A DNA stretch of 64,000 nt from Neoechinorhynchus agilis (lineage: Eukaryota > Animalia > Acanthocephala). The first letter of the stretch is position 1. Each line of letters opens with the position of its first letter. The notes below the pieces were generated by a model. The model did not search any database. It was not told the DNA's origin and worked only from the letters and a program-made list of their open reading frames with translations. Shown in pieces: positions 61,706 to 64,000 of this stretch. The position numbers and the translations under genes are program-made. The stretch is from the NCBI GenBank assembly GCA_051530055.1, contig CM121343.1:6108389-6172388 (forward strand), read 5' to 3'.

Positions 61706-63533
61706 TTTAGGTGGTATTGTCCAAGATGTTCATCAAAACAGATTGTAGGACCTAGTGAACGCATTTGACCTTATAGTATTTGTAAATCGTGATCAATAAA
61801 CAGCCAGAATGAACGCTTAAAATGATTTTACTTGAATGATGTGTTTAACAGGCAAATGTACTGTTTGCACGGTTTCATTCTTATCGTCATTGTAACTTGC
61901 CTTAGCTGTTGGTATACGTGAGTAATGCATATGCGTGAGTCAGCGCCACAATGAGTGTTACGGGGCTGCGTGATAAACGTTCGACGGCGAGGACGTCGAA
62001 GTGTACATCGAAGATTTCATGAGCAACTCTGTGAAGTTTCTCGCATATCGATCGGTTCATTCTAGTTCGTTCTATAAGATAAAGGACTAAAAATTTACTC
62101 TTTCCGACTTTCCGTTTCAGATATTTTTACGTTGAACTTAATAACTAATCGAAGTTTACCCATATTTTCTATACATACATTCATGGTTACCGCGTTTTTA
62201 TTAAGCTTCTGTGGCCTTTAAATCACTTGATGTAATAACCCTTCGAATACAGTTATTACATTATCCATTCTTGCCATCTCTATTTTCTACTCTCTCGCTC
62301 ACCAAAGGCTTTTGTAACTATAGGATTTATTTCCACGTTCCCGAATACGATTTTTCAATTCTATCTTAATTGAATGCTACATCGCATATTCGTTTAGTTT
62401 TGGTTGTTGATAAATCTAATTTTCTACAAGATCTTATTCTCGCGGTGTCGCTTTTAACCAAAACGATTTGTACATTTAGCTTTTTTCAGTCAATGAATCA
62501 TGCACTCTTATTAAATTATTAAGTTCAAATATTCTAATCTTGATTCATACTCATTTATTTGCTTAATTCTAATTTTTTGAGCGCATTCTTTTTTGAAATT
62601 CCAATATTTTCGGAGTAGTGCAGTTCAAAAATACTTATTTAGTATTCTAAAGTATATTGGATAGCAAGATTACATTTAATTTATTAGGCAATTTTATCAA
62701 GTTGTCTTATTCTCGTTTGTGTTTTAAACTGGTGGAAATAATAAAAGAACGAATTTATTGAATTTCACAGTCTCTCCAATTGATTTTCTGGTCATATCTT
62801 AAATACATGTTATGTGAGCATGTCCTACTTTGAATTCCCCTTAAATATTTGCTTATCATCCAAATTTTTTTGGTTAGCCAAAATTTCCATGCATATATAG
62901 TTCAGTTGTTTCGCATCCAGTTATTTTTTGCCGCTTCAAATGCCAACGTGAAACTATAGCTAATAAACCCAGAAAACTCATCAAAGGCATGTTCGTTTCT
63001 TTTTATTCTCTATGCGTTCCGTTCATGGAGCCACATACTACTGAGGTATATTTGTAAGGCATGGATAAACATGGTCCCTATCGATGGAATTGCAGCGCCT
63101 CCCCGCATTTCCAGCGGCCAATTCAGTTCAAAAAACTAAACGGGAAATGGTTGAACTCTAGACTGGTGTCCATTGACCTGGTGCTGACAAGCGTCTCGGT
63201 TTCTTTTCCCATGTCTGACTTCGTGTCACGGGAGCACATCAAGAGAAACGAGCAGTCTTTTTTTCTTGCTATCATGCAAATGTCTCTATTGCGCACTTTC
63301 CCTACATCGGTAGTACATCTACAAGTGTGCAGCACATCACACTGAGATCGGTGCCAACGAAATCATTGATAATTGGCCTTTGGTGCCGTAAACATACTTT
63401 TTATAGCACGTCGCTCGAATCTGCTTCTTTTCTGAACTATATTTCGCTGAAATCAATACGGTCTTTGTTTGTGTATACAAAACAATCATTCGTAAACAAT
63501 GAAATGCGCTGATTATTTACAGACTTTGAACTA

Positions 63534-64000
63534 ATGGCAATATCACTCAAAAGTGGATTTTCCGGTGATTATGACTTGTTGGATGATCTAGGCAGGTTGG
63601 TCGTATGCTATAAAATTTAAAATGATAAATGAATTTCGGATAGAGGGCAGTTCGCAGTTGTCAAAAGAGTTAGACGCAAGACTTCTCATAAACACACATT
63701 GGACTTAGAACACCGTGCTGCAAAAATCATTAGAAAACAAAACTCGTTGGACTCATCTTATGGTTTGCGGCGATCGGAAATAATGAGGGAAGCTGAAATG
63801 CTATGTAAATTGTGCCACAAGAATATAATCGCCCTATACGATGTATATGAGTCCGAAAAGTCCATTGTTCTTATATTAGAACTGTGCGTTTACAATTACG
63901 TTTGATAGTATTGACAATAGGTTTCCGTCTAGTGTTCCTGACGGTGAATTATTTGATTATATATGCGAAAACGAGTCCTTATCAGAGGAGGATGTTGCTG
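63534..64000 (+). CDS. DAPK: Death-associated protein kinase-like Ser/Thr kinase, 5' part, continues beyond the window
   Basis: Exons encode YDLLDDLG, GQFAVVKRV, AAKIIRK, YGLRRSEIMREAEML, HKNIIALYDVYE, VLILEL and GELFDYICENESLSEE. Confidence 0.8.

Noticed and set aside
61960-62060. TFDGEDVEVYIEDF, resembling a retrotransposon gag start
   Set aside because: Too short, with no flanking LTR or further motifs.
1-64000. Taxonomic assignment to a specific compact-genome animal lineage
   Set aside because: Short introns, divergent proteins and abundant PLEs fit several unrelated invertebrate groups; a database comparison is required.

Overview
AT-rich animal genomic DNA with short (about 40-60 nt) GT-AG introns; the organism cannot be identified from the sequence alone. 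Host genes: an intronless poly(A)-binding protein with no MLLE domain, a Regnase/ZC3H12-type PIN nuclease, WDTC1, SIRT1 (minus strand), a 21-kb spectraplakin (plectin repeats, spectrin repeats, GAS2), a GPI-anchored Ig protein, a RhoGAP and the start of a DAPK-like kinase. There is also a truncated PKD-like kinase with an in-frame TAG. Between the genes are short local tandem arrays (160-235 bp units) and many ribozyme-bearing mobile elements. These include two 5'-truncated Penelope-like elements (PLEs) with inverted pseudo-LTR arms, one of which has amplified a 217-bp piece of its GIY-YIG endonuclease gene into a satellite. Also present are small palindromes carrying back-to-back hammerheads, a CRE-clade retrotransposon next to a Gypsy gag fragment, and a tRNA-derived SINE. 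The most striking observation is at 25283-25346 on the minus strand. It is a complete hammerhead ribozyme core with all three helices perfectly paired, but its strands occur in a non-circularly-permuted order, with a fourth helix between the linkers. It forms the loop of an element with 110-bp inverted repeats. All structures were worked out by eye, and element and exon boundaries are approximate.
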